Shown piece after piece: positions 9,594-19,900 of a stretch of 64,000 nt of DNA. The position numbers and the translations under genes are program-made. Within the stretch, counting starts at the first letter, position 1; the number at the start of each line of letters is the position of its first letter. A model generated the notes under the pieces. It searched no databases. It was given only the letters and a program-made list of their open reading frames with translations, and had not been told where the DNA came from. Source of the DNA: Candidatus Woesearchaeota archaeon (GTDB taxonomy: Archaea > Nanobdellota > Nanobdellia > SCGC-AAA011-G17 > UBA489); assembly GCA_964343875.1 (NCBI GenBank), contig CAYFJW010000001.1, forward strand, positions 81,345 to 145,344, in the 5' to 3' direction.

Positions 9594-10976
9594 ATGGCAC
9601 AAGACTTCGATGCACTTCTACAATTCTATGCAAGAAAAGATATCCAAGAAGCAATATTAGAACTAGCAGAAAACAGGGAAGTCACTGGTTCTTTCAATAT
9701 GCAAGCATTCGGTAAGCGACCAGATGTTCTCCAATACAAATCAGACATCTTCGAACTAGCAAGGAAGGGGATTACCTCGTTCCATGTTTCAGAAGAAAGG
9801 TGGTCCAACCCACTAGAAATCAGAACAGGCATGTCAAAAAAAGAATTAGACCAAATAAGAATCGGATGGGATTGTGTCTTAGACATTGATTCAACATATG
9901 TTGAATACTCCCAAATAACTACATATTTACTCATTGAGGCATTAAAATTATACGGCCTAAAATCGTTCGGAGTTAAATTCTCCGGAAGAAAAGGATTCCA
10001 CATAATAATCCCCTTTGAAGCATTCCCAAAAGAAGTTGATGGAAAACCAATTGAAACAATGTTCCCCGAAGGTCCAAGAATGATTGCAGACTTCTTGGGA
10101 GAAAAAATATACGAAAAACTATCAGAGATGATTCTAAAAGACCAAAAGATAGAGGACATTGTGAAACTAACAAACAAACCAATTGAAGAACTAACAGATA
10201 AAAATGGCAACTTCAACCCATTCTCAATAGTTGATATCGACACCATCCTAATCTCCTCAAGACACTTATTCCGTTCAGTTTATTCAATCAACGAGAAATC
10301 CTGGTTAGTGAGTGTTCCAATAGATCCCAATAAAATAATGGAATTCAAACTAAGGGATGCAAAGTTTGAAAATGTCAAAACAGATATTAAATTCTTAAAA
10401 AAACCAGAAAAAGATGAGGCTAGAACCTTAATACTGCAGGCCTTTGACGAATCAAGAGAGCAATTCATACAGGGAAAGAAATCAACAATAGTAATAGAAG
10501 GAAAAGATTACTTCGAAGAAGATTCAACAAAGAGAGAATTCAAACCAGAAGACATAGACAACAAATTAGTAAAAGAAGAATACTTCCCTCCCTGCATTAA
10601 AGCCCTTCTAAACGGCACAGAAGAAGACGGGAGAAAGCGTTCCTTATTCATATTAATGAACTTCTTCAAAGGACTCAACTTCTCACAAGCAGCAATCAAA
10701 GAAAAAATAGACGAATGGAATAAGAAAAACTATGAGCCATTAAGAGAGGGCTATGTCATAGCCCAATTAAACTCCTTGATGAGAAGCTCCACTTTAATGC
10801 CTCCAAATTGTAAGAACGATGCATATTACACCTCTTTAAGAGTCTGCAAACCCGACAACTTCTGCCAGAAAATAAAGAACCCTCTAAATTACACTACAAA
10901 AAAGATGTGGATAGAAAAACAAAACAAGAAGAAAAGAAGAACTTCAAAAAAAGTATCAAAAAAACAAAAGAAATAA
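9594..10976 (+). CDS. priS: DNA primase small catalytic subunit PriS fused to a Cys-rich PriL-CTD-like C-terminal domain
   Basis: Catalytic motifs WDCVLDIDSTY (DxD) and FSGRKGFHIIIPFEA (SGxRGxH). The C-terminal ~150 aa carries four Cys (FPPC, PPNC, RVC, NFC) and a Lys-rich tail. Confidence 0.75.
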   Translation: MAQDFDALLQFYARKDIQEAILELAENREVTGSFNMQAFGKRPDVLQYKSDIFELARKGITSFHVSEERWSNPLEIRTGMSKKELDQIRIGWDCVLDIDSTYVEYSQITTYLLIEALKLYGLKSFGVKFSGRKGFHIIIPFEAFPKEVDGKPIETMFPEGPRMIADFLGEKIYEKLSEMILKDQKIEDIVKLTNKPIEELTDKNGNFNPFSIVDIDTILISSRHLFRSVYSINEKSWLVSVPIDPNKIMEFKLRDAKFENVKTDIKFLKKPEKDEARTLILQAFDESREQFIQGKKSTIVIEGKDYFEEDSTKREFKPEDIDNKLVKEEYFPPCIKALLNGTEEDGRKRSLFILMNFFKGLNFSQAAIKEKIDEWNKKNYEPLREGYVIAQLNSLMRSSTLMPPNCKNDAYYTSLRVCKPDNFCQKIKNPLNYTTKKMWIEKQNKKKRRTSKKVSKKQKK

Positions 10977-11525
10977 CCTCTCATAATTACTATCGCTTAA
11001 ATCCTTCTTATAATCTTGCAAAGCCTTAACCAACTTAGCACTATCTTTACACAGGCCCCGCTTAAATAAAAACTGACAAAATTGAGTAACATTCTTCGGA
11101 ACCAAAACCCTTTTACATCTCTCAAAATCAATTAAAACAGGCTTACCATTAACAACAATAACATTCTTAGTAATCCTATGCATCTCAAACTTGTTAACTT
11201 TCAACTTATCCATAACTCTACACTGTCTTAATATCTCTTTCAAAACAGAATCCTCATCAGAACAACCAACTAAATAGTCAGATAAATGAACACCATCTAA
11301 ATATTCCATAAAAAGAGACTTTTCATCAGAAAAATACAACTTAGGACCAATTCCCTTTTTGTTTAACTCCTTTAACCAGTAACTTTCAGTCTCCAATCTA
11401 TTAACTGCATCACTCTTAGGGTTAGGAATCTTAACAGCACAAACCTTTCCCCTGTACCTCCCGAGTTTAACTATGCCTCGCTTACCCTTCCCAATTATTT
11501 TTCCAAAAGACTTATTTTCCGCCAT
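10956..11525 (-). CDS. Atypical small protein kinase-like protein (Bud32/RIO-sized)
   Basis: Gly-rich loop GKIIGKGKRGIV and VAIK-like CAVKIP motif. The catalytic loop is unusual (EMHRITKNVIV), and LIDFERC occupies the DFG-like position. Confidence 0.4.
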   Translation of the reverse strand: MAENKSFGKIIGKGKRGIVKLGRYRGKVCAVKIPNPKSDAVNRLETESYWLKELNKKGIGPKLYFSDEKSLFMEYLDGVHLSDYLVGCSDEDSVLKEILRQCRVMDKLKVNKFEMHRITKNVIVVNGKPVLIDFERCKRVLVPKNVTQFCQFLFKRGLCKDSAKLVKALQDYKKDLSDSNYERLFLLFF

Positions 11526-11598
11526 TTAAGAGCCTATAGACCCATCCTATAGAAAGTTATTTAAATACTCTTCCCATCGGATAAAGAATAAAGGGGTC

Positions 11599-13335
11599 GT
11601 GTTAATGAGGTTAAGATTAATTCCAAAAGTTCTAATATTCATCTCAATTGTATTAGTCCTATCTTTGACAGTTAGCGCAGATAATCACACTTCTTCAGGA
11701 GAATTTGACCCAACAGACAGCTACTTATGGCTATCTGAGCAATGTGAAGCAGGTAATTGTGATGATGATCTAACTGCAACAGCATTCTATGCAGTGGCAA
11801 TGAAACGTTCTGGATATGGAAACACATACGGGATGCAAGCAATAAAGCACATTCAAGCAGAAAAGAAAGAATCAGATTCATGTTTCCCTTCAGGTAGCTG
11901 TAACATCAAAGAAACTGCCATGGCTTATTGGGCATTATCAGAATATGGAGAAGATACTGCAGGAATTGAAGATTACATCAGAGACGAATTAGACGTTGGT
12001 TTAACAGATAACTGGTGGTTAGAAATAGTTACAACTGCCCAGAACCAATACTGTACAATTGGCTATCCAAAAGAAGGTGTGCAAGAACAAATTGACATCC
12101 TAGTTGACCAAGGAACTTTCCCCGAATGTAACGCTGGCCAGCCAGAAACTTTTTTCGATCTAAATGAATGTATTGAAAACAACCCAGTAAATTCAAATCC
12201 AGCGTTAGAATTAACAATTGACTGTTCAGCAATAGGACAAGGAACAATAATCTCAATATTATACAACTCTGGGCCTTCATTCTACTTGACGGAGCAAGCA
12301 ACAACATCCAAGTACCAGACACAAGTAAAGAATGCCTGTCATTCAAGATCTGGAACCTGCGACAAAGACACCTCACTTTGGGCCAATTGGGTATTAGATA
12401 GCAGAAACTCAGACATTGACACAGGATTATTCTTACTAACACTGCACGACTCCTTAGACCCAATAGACACAGCACTATTATACTTAACAACCTCGGACAC
12501 AAATAGAAAGGATACACTACTAACGGAACTAATTGATTTGCAAAGACTTGACGGAAGTTTTAACAAAAACAACTTAGAAACAGCAACAGCAATCTTAGCA
12601 TTATCTGCTTCAGGTTCAACAGATGAATTAAACGCGGCAATTGGATACTTAGAAGGCTCAGTAAGATCAGAAGGTTCATGGGACGGAGATGAACTAACAA
12701 CTGCATTAGCACTTTATTCAGCATTCACAGGTGCATCGATAGATTTGCCCCCTCTAGGTCCGGCACCACCAGGATCACAACCACCTCCAGCAGTTTGTGG
12801 AGACAACTATTGCGACCCACAATTTGAAGATTATAACACATGTCCTAAAGACTGCCCGGCATTAGGTAACCCCGATTGCGTAGAAAACAATAAATGCGAA
12901 GTTCAATTTAATGAAAACTCAAACAACTGTCCAATTGATTGTTTCTGCGGGGACGGAATATGCGACTCAACAGAAAGCGGCCTTTGTGAACTAGATTGTG
13001 GCGCGATAGCAACACCCCCGCCAGGAGTTCCACAACCACCAATACAAATTGAAGAAGAAGGCGGACTCCCTTGGATAATTATGTTAATAATTTTAATATT
13101 GCTAATCTTGGCAGTATATCTTGCATACAACCATTACTTCTCAAAGAAGAAGAAACCGAAGAGCACATATTCAAACAGACCAACTTTCAATCCTTCGGCG
13201 GGAGGATTTAGTGAACCAAAACAAAGACCAAGGGCTCCACCAAGGCAAGCAAGACCCACAAGAGGAAAGAAATCCAAAGCAGAGTTAGAATTAGAAAAAT
13301 CATTAGGTGAAGCCAAGAGATTGCTTGGTAAATAG
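11599..13335 (+). CDS. Secreted type-I membrane protein with prenyltransferase/terpene-cyclase-like alpha/alpha-toroid repeats and a Cys-rich stalk
   Basis: Signal peptide, then repeats (WALSEYGEDTAG, LWANWVLDSRNSD). A Pro-rich linker leads to a Cys-rich module (CGDNYCDPQFEDYNTCPKDCP...). A TM helix (LPWIIMLIILILLILAVYL) and a basic tail follow. Confidence 0.5.
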   Translation: MLMRLRLIPKVLIFISIVLVLSLTVSADNHTSSGEFDPTDSYLWLSEQCEAGNCDDDLTATAFYAVAMKRSGYGNTYGMQAIKHIQAEKKESDSCFPSGSCNIKETAMAYWALSEYGEDTAGIEDYIRDELDVGLTDNWWLEIVTTAQNQYCTIGYPKEGVQEQIDILVDQGTFPECNAGQPETFFDLNECIENNPVNSNPALELTIDCSAIGQGTIISILYNSGPSFYLTEQATTSKYQTQVKNACHSRSGTCDKDTSLWANWVLDSRNSDIDTGLFLLTLHDSLDPIDTALLYLTTSDTNRKDTLLTELIDLQRLDGSFNKNNLETATAILALSASGSTDELNAAIGYLEGSVRSEGSWDGDELTTALALYSAFTGASIDLPPLGPAPPGSQPPPAVCGDNYCDPQFEDYNTCPKDCPALGNPDCVENNKCEVQFNENSNNCPIDCFCGDGICDSTESGLCELDCGAIATPPPGVPQPPIQIEEEGGLPWIIMLIILILLILAVYLAYNHYFSKKKKPKSTYSNRPTFNPSAGGFSEPKQRPRAPPRQARPTRGKKSKAELELEKSLGEAKRLLGK

Positions 13336-13341
13336 GGGGTT

Positions 13342-14622
13342 ATGATGGCCTTCAAAACAAAATATTTTTTATTCCTACTTCTTATTCCCATAGCACTTGC
13401 ACAATTAGACCTAATTGAAATAAATTCTCAAAGAACAGAACTATCACAAGGAGAGGTCTATCAAGCAGAAATAACACTAAACAACCCAATAACTGAATTA
13501 AAGAAAACAAACATTAAACTATATTCCTCAGAGAACGCAATAATTCCTGTGTCACCTTTCTTGAACGAACCAGGAAACAACCACTATTATCTCTACTTTG
13601 AAGTCCCTTACAGCATAGAAGACGGGACATATCAATTAAGAATACAAGACCAATCATTCCTGGTAAATGGCGTTCTTCAGCAATTTGAAGGCATAGAAGA
13701 AATAACAATCACAAAGTCACAACCATCTGTTGCAGTAACTCCCGGTTATTTCTTATTGCCTGAGGGAGAAACAGGACAGATTAGCATAACAACTACTTCA
13801 AAAGACATTCAAACAAACATATTTTTCCTAACTCCAAAATACATAACACACCCCTACATCACAGAACAATCAATTAACCCAAATGTACCAAGAACATTCA
13901 CTTTCGACTATAGCACTTTAAATGCAACATCCTCAGAGCTAGTAGTTAACTCTGGAACAAAACAATACAAAATTCCAGTATTAATCGAAGGTCAAATTGA
14001 AAACAATCAAGAAAACATCACCCAAAACCAACAAACAAGCCCAATTACATTCTTTGTAGATAACAACCACCTAGAAAAAACAATAAAATCAGACCAGGCA
14101 ATTGAAGGCAATCTCTACATGGCCAACACCCTAAACTCCTCAATAACCGACATAACCTCAGAACTAACAGGAAACCTAAAAGAAATAATAACAATGGGTT
14201 CTATCCAACCAATACCTGCTTCATCAAACTTCACAACATTCATGAGCATAAATCAAGCAAAGGATGCAAAAGAAGGCATTTACTCGGGAGATTTCATTCT
14301 TTCTAGCGAACTTTACAGCTCATCATTAGAAATAACAATAACTGTAGAAGAAACAGAAACAACAAGAGAAATCTTAGAACCTCCAGAAGTAACCGAAACA
14401 ACAGAGACCGCAGAACCAGAAGCAAAAGCTCCAATTGAGGAATTCATCCCTTGGGACCTTTCAGACGGATACGAAGAAGAATCAAAAGTGGCAGCAAATC
14501 CCTTCATATATCTAATCATTATTTTTGTAGTAATCGCAGTTGTAATTTTCCTATTATCGGGTAAAAAATCAACTAAGAAGAAAACATTCAAAGATTTAAT
14601 GAAAGAAAGTCAAAAGAAATAA
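13342..14622 (+). CDS. Secreted membrane-anchored surface protein (Thr/Glu-rich stalk)
   Basis: Signal peptide MMAFKTKYFLFLLLIPIALAQ, many NxS/T sequons, an ETETTREILEPPEVTETTETAEPE linker, and a C-terminal TM plus KKSTKKK tail. Confidence 0.5.
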   Translation: MMAFKTKYFLFLLLIPIALAQLDLIEINSQRTELSQGEVYQAEITLNNPITELKKTNIKLYSSENAIIPVSPFLNEPGNNHYYLYFEVPYSIEDGTYQLRIQDQSFLVNGVLQQFEGIEEITITKSQPSVAVTPGYFLLPEGETGQISITTTSKDIQTNIFFLTPKYITHPYITEQSINPNVPRTFTFDYSTLNATSSELVVNSGTKQYKIPVLIEGQIENNQENITQNQQTSPITFFVDNNHLEKTIKSDQAIEGNLYMANTLNSSITDITSELTGNLKEIITMGSIQPIPASSNFTTFMSINQAKDAKEGIYSGDFILSSELYSSSLEITITVEETETTREILEPPEVTETTETAEPEAKAPIEEFIPWDLSDGYEEESKVAANPFIYLIIIFVVIAVVIFLLSGKKSTKKKTFKDLMKESQKK

Positions 14623-15048
14623 TTATTTTTTAGCCTCTTCAACAACACCCAACTTCTTCTTCATAACTTTATTCTCTGCATGCATATTCTTTAACAACAT
14701 ATCATACTGGTGTAACCTAGCAATTAGGTCATTCCACATATTGTCCATAATCTCTTTCTTAAAATTAAAACTTCCTGGATCAATAACTTCTATTGAACTA
14801 GGCATAAAATCAAAACAGAAACCAGTCACATCATCCATATTCTTAAAACCTAACTCAACTTCGACAAATTTACTCCAAAAAGGCCTACCTTCAATACTAG
14901 TAGTTTCAGAAACCTTCTCAGAAAGCACTTCTATATCTTTAGCTTCTTTAAGCTTCCCAAGTATCATATCCATGGTCTTGTTAACATGCTCTTCTGGGGA
15001 ACCCATTAACTCCATGATTGCCTTGATCGTTACAGCTGGTTTTTCCAT
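14623..15048 (-). CDS. Hypothetical protein
   Basis: 141-aa ORF with gene-like codon usage. I recognise no family. Confidence 0.35.
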   Translation of the reverse strand: MEKPAVTIKAIMELMGSPEEHVNKTMDMILGKLKEAKDIEVLSEKVSETTSIEGRPFWSKFVEVELGFKNMDDVTGFCFDFMPSSIEVIDPGSFNFKKEIMDNMWNDLIARLHQYDMLLKNMHAENKVMKKKLGVVEEAKK

Positions 15049-15050
15049 TT

Positions 15051-16076
15051 TTACATCCTAAACAACACATAATAAACGCCCAATCCACCAATGAGATATA
15101 TGAGATAAAATGCCATTCCATCCCACCATTTCCTCTCTTTAACAGCGATTTTGGCGTCTTCATTAACCTCATTTACAGCATTTATATCCCTTTCTATTGC
15201 TCCACCCTTCAACAAAGTCCTGTCTTCTTTCTCAAAAACCCTCTGCCCCTCGACCCATATCAAACGCATATCTTTCTCCCTGAAACCCTCAACAACAAGT
15301 ACATATTCTCCTTCCTCGGGATAAGCAGAATTATTACAAACAGCAACAGGAAACTCAACAACCTGGCCATCATGGGCCTCGACCCTAAAGCTGCTAACAA
15401 CATCAACGCCCATTAAATAAGCCTTAATCTTCTCAGTTCCATCTCTATTATTCCAAATGGCAACCCTAACCTTTACATTACCACAGATATTGGGAGAATT
15501 ACTATCGACACCTTCGATATGAATATAACCATTTTCATCATTAACCTCTTCAATTTCTTTATTCTCTTCACTAGTTTCATTGCCTTCGCTCTCATTACTT
15601 GGCCCGTCATTAATCTCACCAGGACTAGGCACACAAGAGTATTCTTCTTCACCGTAACAAACAGCATTGCCGTCACCATTGCCAATTGATCCATCGTAAC
15701 TTTTACTATCGACTAAGTCCATATTCAAGTTGTACAATGAAACAACATCTTCCGCATTACTTAGTCCATTCCCGATAGTTTTCCCGGCCGAATAAATACT
15801 AACAAATTCCAAGTCAACATCGAAATAAGGAGGGTAACCCTCTTCAACAATTAAATTAATCTTACTATTCCCGCTTCCATTCACTAAAAGTATTATATCT
15901 TGGCTTGTTGAATCTTCAATTGTCCAACCATCAATCAATGTCCCCTCACTAAATATAACCTCCACGTATTCCTTGTTATTATCGCTCCCAGAAGGATTAT
16001 ACATGATCTCAGTTATCTCAGCATTTACAAAAGTAGAACAAAGAACAAACACCAAAACATAAATCCATCTAAACAT
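15051..16076 (-). CDS. Secreted membrane-anchored protein with an N-terminal lamin-tail-domain (LTD)-like module
   Basis: Signal peptide MFRWIYVLVFVLCSTFVNA, then EITEIMYNPSGSDNNKEYVEVIF (LTD signature INEI..NP....EfvEL). Acidic stalk and C-terminal TM. Confidence 0.5.
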   Translation of the reverse strand: MFRWIYVLVFVLCSTFVNAEITEIMYNPSGSDNNKEYVEVIFSEGTLIDGWTIEDSTSQDIILLVNGSGNSKINLIVEEGYPPYFDVDLEFVSIYSAGKTIGNGLSNAEDVVSLYNLNMDLVDSKSYDGSIGNGDGNAVCYGEEEYSCVPSPGEINDGPSNESEGNETSEENKEIEEVNDENGYIHIEGVDSNSPNICGNVKVRVAIWNNRDGTEKIKAYLMGVDVVSSFRVEAHDGQVVEFPVAVCNNSAYPEEGEYVLVVEGFREKDMRLIWVEGQRVFEKEDRTLLKGGAIERDINAVNEVNEDAKIAVKERKWWDGMAFYLIYLIGGLGVYYVLFRM

Positions 16077-16128
16077 AAATTCTTCAAAAAGATTAAATTA
16101 AATAAACAAACTAAGAATTAATTGCAAA

Positions 16129-16521
16129 CTATCCGATAACTTTCTCAAAACTTCGACCTTTCTTACTAACTAAATCTTTATCAAAGTAATAATTACCCTT
16201 ACCATTACTTTTGCCTAACTGATTAGGTTTCAAAAACATCCACTTCATTCCATCAAACCTAACAGCAACCCATGATTCAGCACCAAAGCCTTTAGAAAAA
16301 GTTGTCAACTCATTTATTTGTTCTTTAGTGATGTATCTTCTTTGTTTTCCTTTTCCGCTTTTACATTCAATTGCTAAACTCTTTCCGTTTTTACCCGCAA
16401 TTAAATCCGGACAAGGTAGAGGCATACTTCCACTTCCAGCCATACGAATACAAAACCAATTCTCTTTCCAAAACAAATGAAGAAGTTCCCTTTCTGTCCT
16501 AGACCCCTTTTTCTTGCTCAT
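16129..16521 (-). CDS. hjc: Holliday junction resolvase Hjc
   Basis: ERELLHLFWKENWFCIRMAGSG...DLIAGKNGKSLAIECK matches the Hjc nuclease motifs (E...SG...D...E.K) in a 130-aa protein. Confidence 0.75.
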   Translation of the reverse strand: MSKKKGSRTERELLHLFWKENWFCIRMAGSGSMPLPCPDLIAGKNGKSLAIECKSGKGKQRRYITKEQINELTTFSKGFGAESWVAVRFDGMKWMFLKPNQLGKSNGKGNYYFDKDLVSKKGRSFEKVIG

Positions 16522-16591
16522 AAAATAAAAAAGAAGTTACGCCTTTAATAAGTTTTGTAAAAAAATAGAATAAAAAAAGAAAAGAAGAGAC

Positions 16592-16763
16592 TTAAAGGTC
16601 TCTTGCTTTAACTGTGGATCTTCCGTTCTCTTTAGCTCTTCTACAAGCGTCTTTAACTAGACCTTGAACTTGTACGCTAAGAGCATCAGCGAAATCACCA
16701 GCAACATTCATGCCTTTTGCAGCATCTTTAACTTTGCTTCTTACTACTAATATTTCTGCCATT
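16592..16763 (-). pseudogene. DUF1931-like histone-fold protein, interrupted by an apparent +1 frameshift near the N-terminus as given
   Basis: The frame from 16592 encodes ...SKVKDAAKGMNVAGDFADALSVQVQGLVKDACRRAKENGRSTVKARDL*. The ATG at 16763 (MAEILVVR) is out of frame by 1 nt at the CC near 16740-16741. Removing one base gives MAEILVVRSKVKDAAKG... Confidence 0.45.
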
Positions 16764-16912
16764 TTTATCATGCACCCCGTTTGTTTTTATTTTGATATCC
16801 ATGAAAAGGCCTTACAGACCTTCTATCTCATGTTTTCATTAGAATGATGCCCAAGTAGTATTTAAACATTTCGTTAATACAGCCTCTATTTGCTGTTTAA
16901 CAAGGTTTTAGA

Positions 16913-19900
16913 CTAAATTCCTGTCTTAGCAACAGGTCCAGCTAGATCCTCAGAAATCACATCTACAACGCTCTCAATGACTCCTGAGCCTCCAGAACCG
17001 CCGTCTAAGCCCATTCCCTCAGTCTTCTCCAAGCAAATGACTCTAACTTCTTCATAGTCAAGAGTAATCTGGGTCGATAGTTCGGCTTTATTTCCTACAA
17101 CAACTTTTTCAGTCTTTGTAGGTCTAACACTTTCCCAAGAATTTATTTCAGTGATTATTGGCCAAGCCTGATTAATATAGTCGTTCCATGTTGCTCCAGG
17201 TGTGCTGTGGATATTATCAATCATTGGTTGCAATAAAGCCTGAATCTCTGGTTCAACATCGTCATGGTAAGGGTTTCCGTCTTCATGCCCAATCTTATAA
17301 GTTGTATACAACCAAGCACTTACATCTGTTGGTAAATTCTTTGCAGTTAGTTTTATTGTTGCACTTTTACCTGCCCTGTCAAAGTTAACACCATACCAAC
17401 AATAACTAGTTCCTTCCTGATTCCTAACAGTAAATGCACGAACAGTATCTTCTTCATTTAAGTCATCATCAACCATCAACGTTCCAGGCGCATCATGTAA
17501 TAGCTTAGATAACCAGAACACTGGTTTGTATACTCCACTTCTATCAATCATGTTTTCATCCCATCCAAGAAATCTTCCCTGTATTGTTCCGGGTTCATGA
17601 ACATTACTATAGAGTTGGAACCAACCCGCACGGTCTATATCATAATTAGCACTATTTGCAAGCAAAGCCATTGTACTTGAAACAGCATGTATGCCATCGC
17701 CATTGATCATTGGCTTACCGGGCAGACCATCACTAAACTCGTCCATATTTGTTCCTAAAAATGCACCATTATTTGCCCGCCAATGCTCAAGCGCCTGCTC
17801 CGGATCCCCCCCAGGAGTCATTGTATAGGGGTCAGGGTTGTAGTGGTGGTAGTGATGTGTTGCCTTTAGACCCTTAGCATCAAGAGCTTCAAAGACCTCA
17901 ATCGGTACATAGACTTTAGTTCCATTCTCTGAATTTAAAGTACCAAAGAATGCAGAAGTCCCATCAACTCCGACCTCATTACTCGGATCAACCTCATAAA
18001 CCGCCTCAACACCTGCAACCGTTAAATCAACAAATTCTTCCATTGTTGGCCACCAACAATCTCCAGGCGCCTTACAAACTTCCTTCCAATTCTCAACGAC
18101 AAAGTTTGGCTCATTCCATATTATGAAGTACTTGATCCCCTTTGAATTGTAATGTCTTACTACATCCTTAACATAATCTTTCCATGCTTGCATGTCCTTT
18201 GCAGGACCACTTGATTCATAAGTAACACATTCTGTACCAACAAAATCCGAACAATAAGCAATACCTTCTTCTGAAGGAATCCCTTTTATAACAACCATTA
18301 CTTTTGCGCCATTCTTCTGGAGTTTAGTGTGCACTCTGGTGGGAGGGAAACCTCTCTCATACCTATCAAATCTGTGCCCAGTCCTTACATGTATTCCCTC
18401 AACCCCAACCTCATTAATATAAGCATCTAAAAACTTAGGATGCATAAATGGCCCAATAACATTTCCAAAACCTTTAGTTAATCCATGAACATCCTTAACA
18501 ACTTGATCGGTATAAACATTCATCTCAAACTCTTTATCTCCCCCAGGTTCTACCTCAATAAACTCCCTCTCTTCTCCACCAATAATGCCTACACTCCCAG
18601 GCCCGCCCTCGCAAGGCTCGTAACCTGTCTCAAATCCATAGGACTGGAATTCCTCCAAACTCATCTCTTTTGTGTAATAGATAGTGGGGTTATCCACACA
18701 ATAAGTATTGCCACTTATGACAAGCCCATCTTTTGAATCTTCATGTAAATTAAGAAGTCTTTCAGTATTAATATTATCCTCGAAATTGTTTCTTATCAAA
18801 ATATTCTTAGCACCAACCCTATTGTTTCCATCAATCGTAGCATGCACACCAATTGCAACATCCACATCACTGATTGTATTCTCCTCAATACTACAATCAT
18901 GACACCCTTCAACACCTATTGAGCCCTTGTATCTATAAGTTCCATCCAAGGTTATCCTTTCAAAAACGTTTCTAATTGCATGAACGTTAGTTGCAACGGG
19001 ATCAACTCCAGCAGTTCCAGCCCAATTATTCCAACAACAACCGCCAAGTATCAATGCATGATTTCTCACAATCAAATCATGGAAATAGTTGTCAATATAA
19101 TAAACACCGCTAGCACCACCCTTCGCCCAAGAAACAGCACCGGGATCACGTACACTTAAAGAGTCATCATGGAACTCATTCTGTATTATCCATGCACCAT
19201 TAACACCAAATGCATCAACACTTTCACCTTCACCAGCAATGTTAAAAAATTCATTCCTATAAATTAAAACATTTGCAGATTCAGTTGTAGTTTTAATTCC
19301 ATCTTCGTATGCCTCACTTATCTTATTATTATAAACAACCAGATGGTCAGCAATATCTCTATCCCAGATAGTCATACAAACTCTGATGTAGCATCTAATA
19401 TCAAAGCCTTCAAGAGTTGTATACTTTCCGCCAAAATGGATCTTTCCGTCATTATGTCTGGCCTCCATAATCACATCCTCGCCCTCGTAAGCAAAGATCC
19501 TGATAGGCTTATCAGAAGTCCCTTGGAACTTTGCAGTAACACCTCCTTCATCTAGGATATAAGTTCCAGCCCCAACTGCAATAGCCTCACCGGCAACAAC
19601 GTCATACTTCTTCATTGCCTTCAATGTCGCACATGGACCATCAGCACCACTAATATACCGTGGGTACAAACAATTATTATCATCACTTGCCCCTTGTTCG
19701 TTCTGAGCAATGTAATATATTTTTTCAGGCTCAAAATTAAGCATATCTAAAAACTCTTGCGGAACATCGGAAGAATGTCCTCCGCCAACATCCAACATCC
19801 AACCTTCTCCATCACCACTTACCTCTTCTCCTTCAACAGTTTCAGGATCATCAACTAAACCAAAGAACCTAAAGGGAAAACTAAAGAAATTATCTACTCT

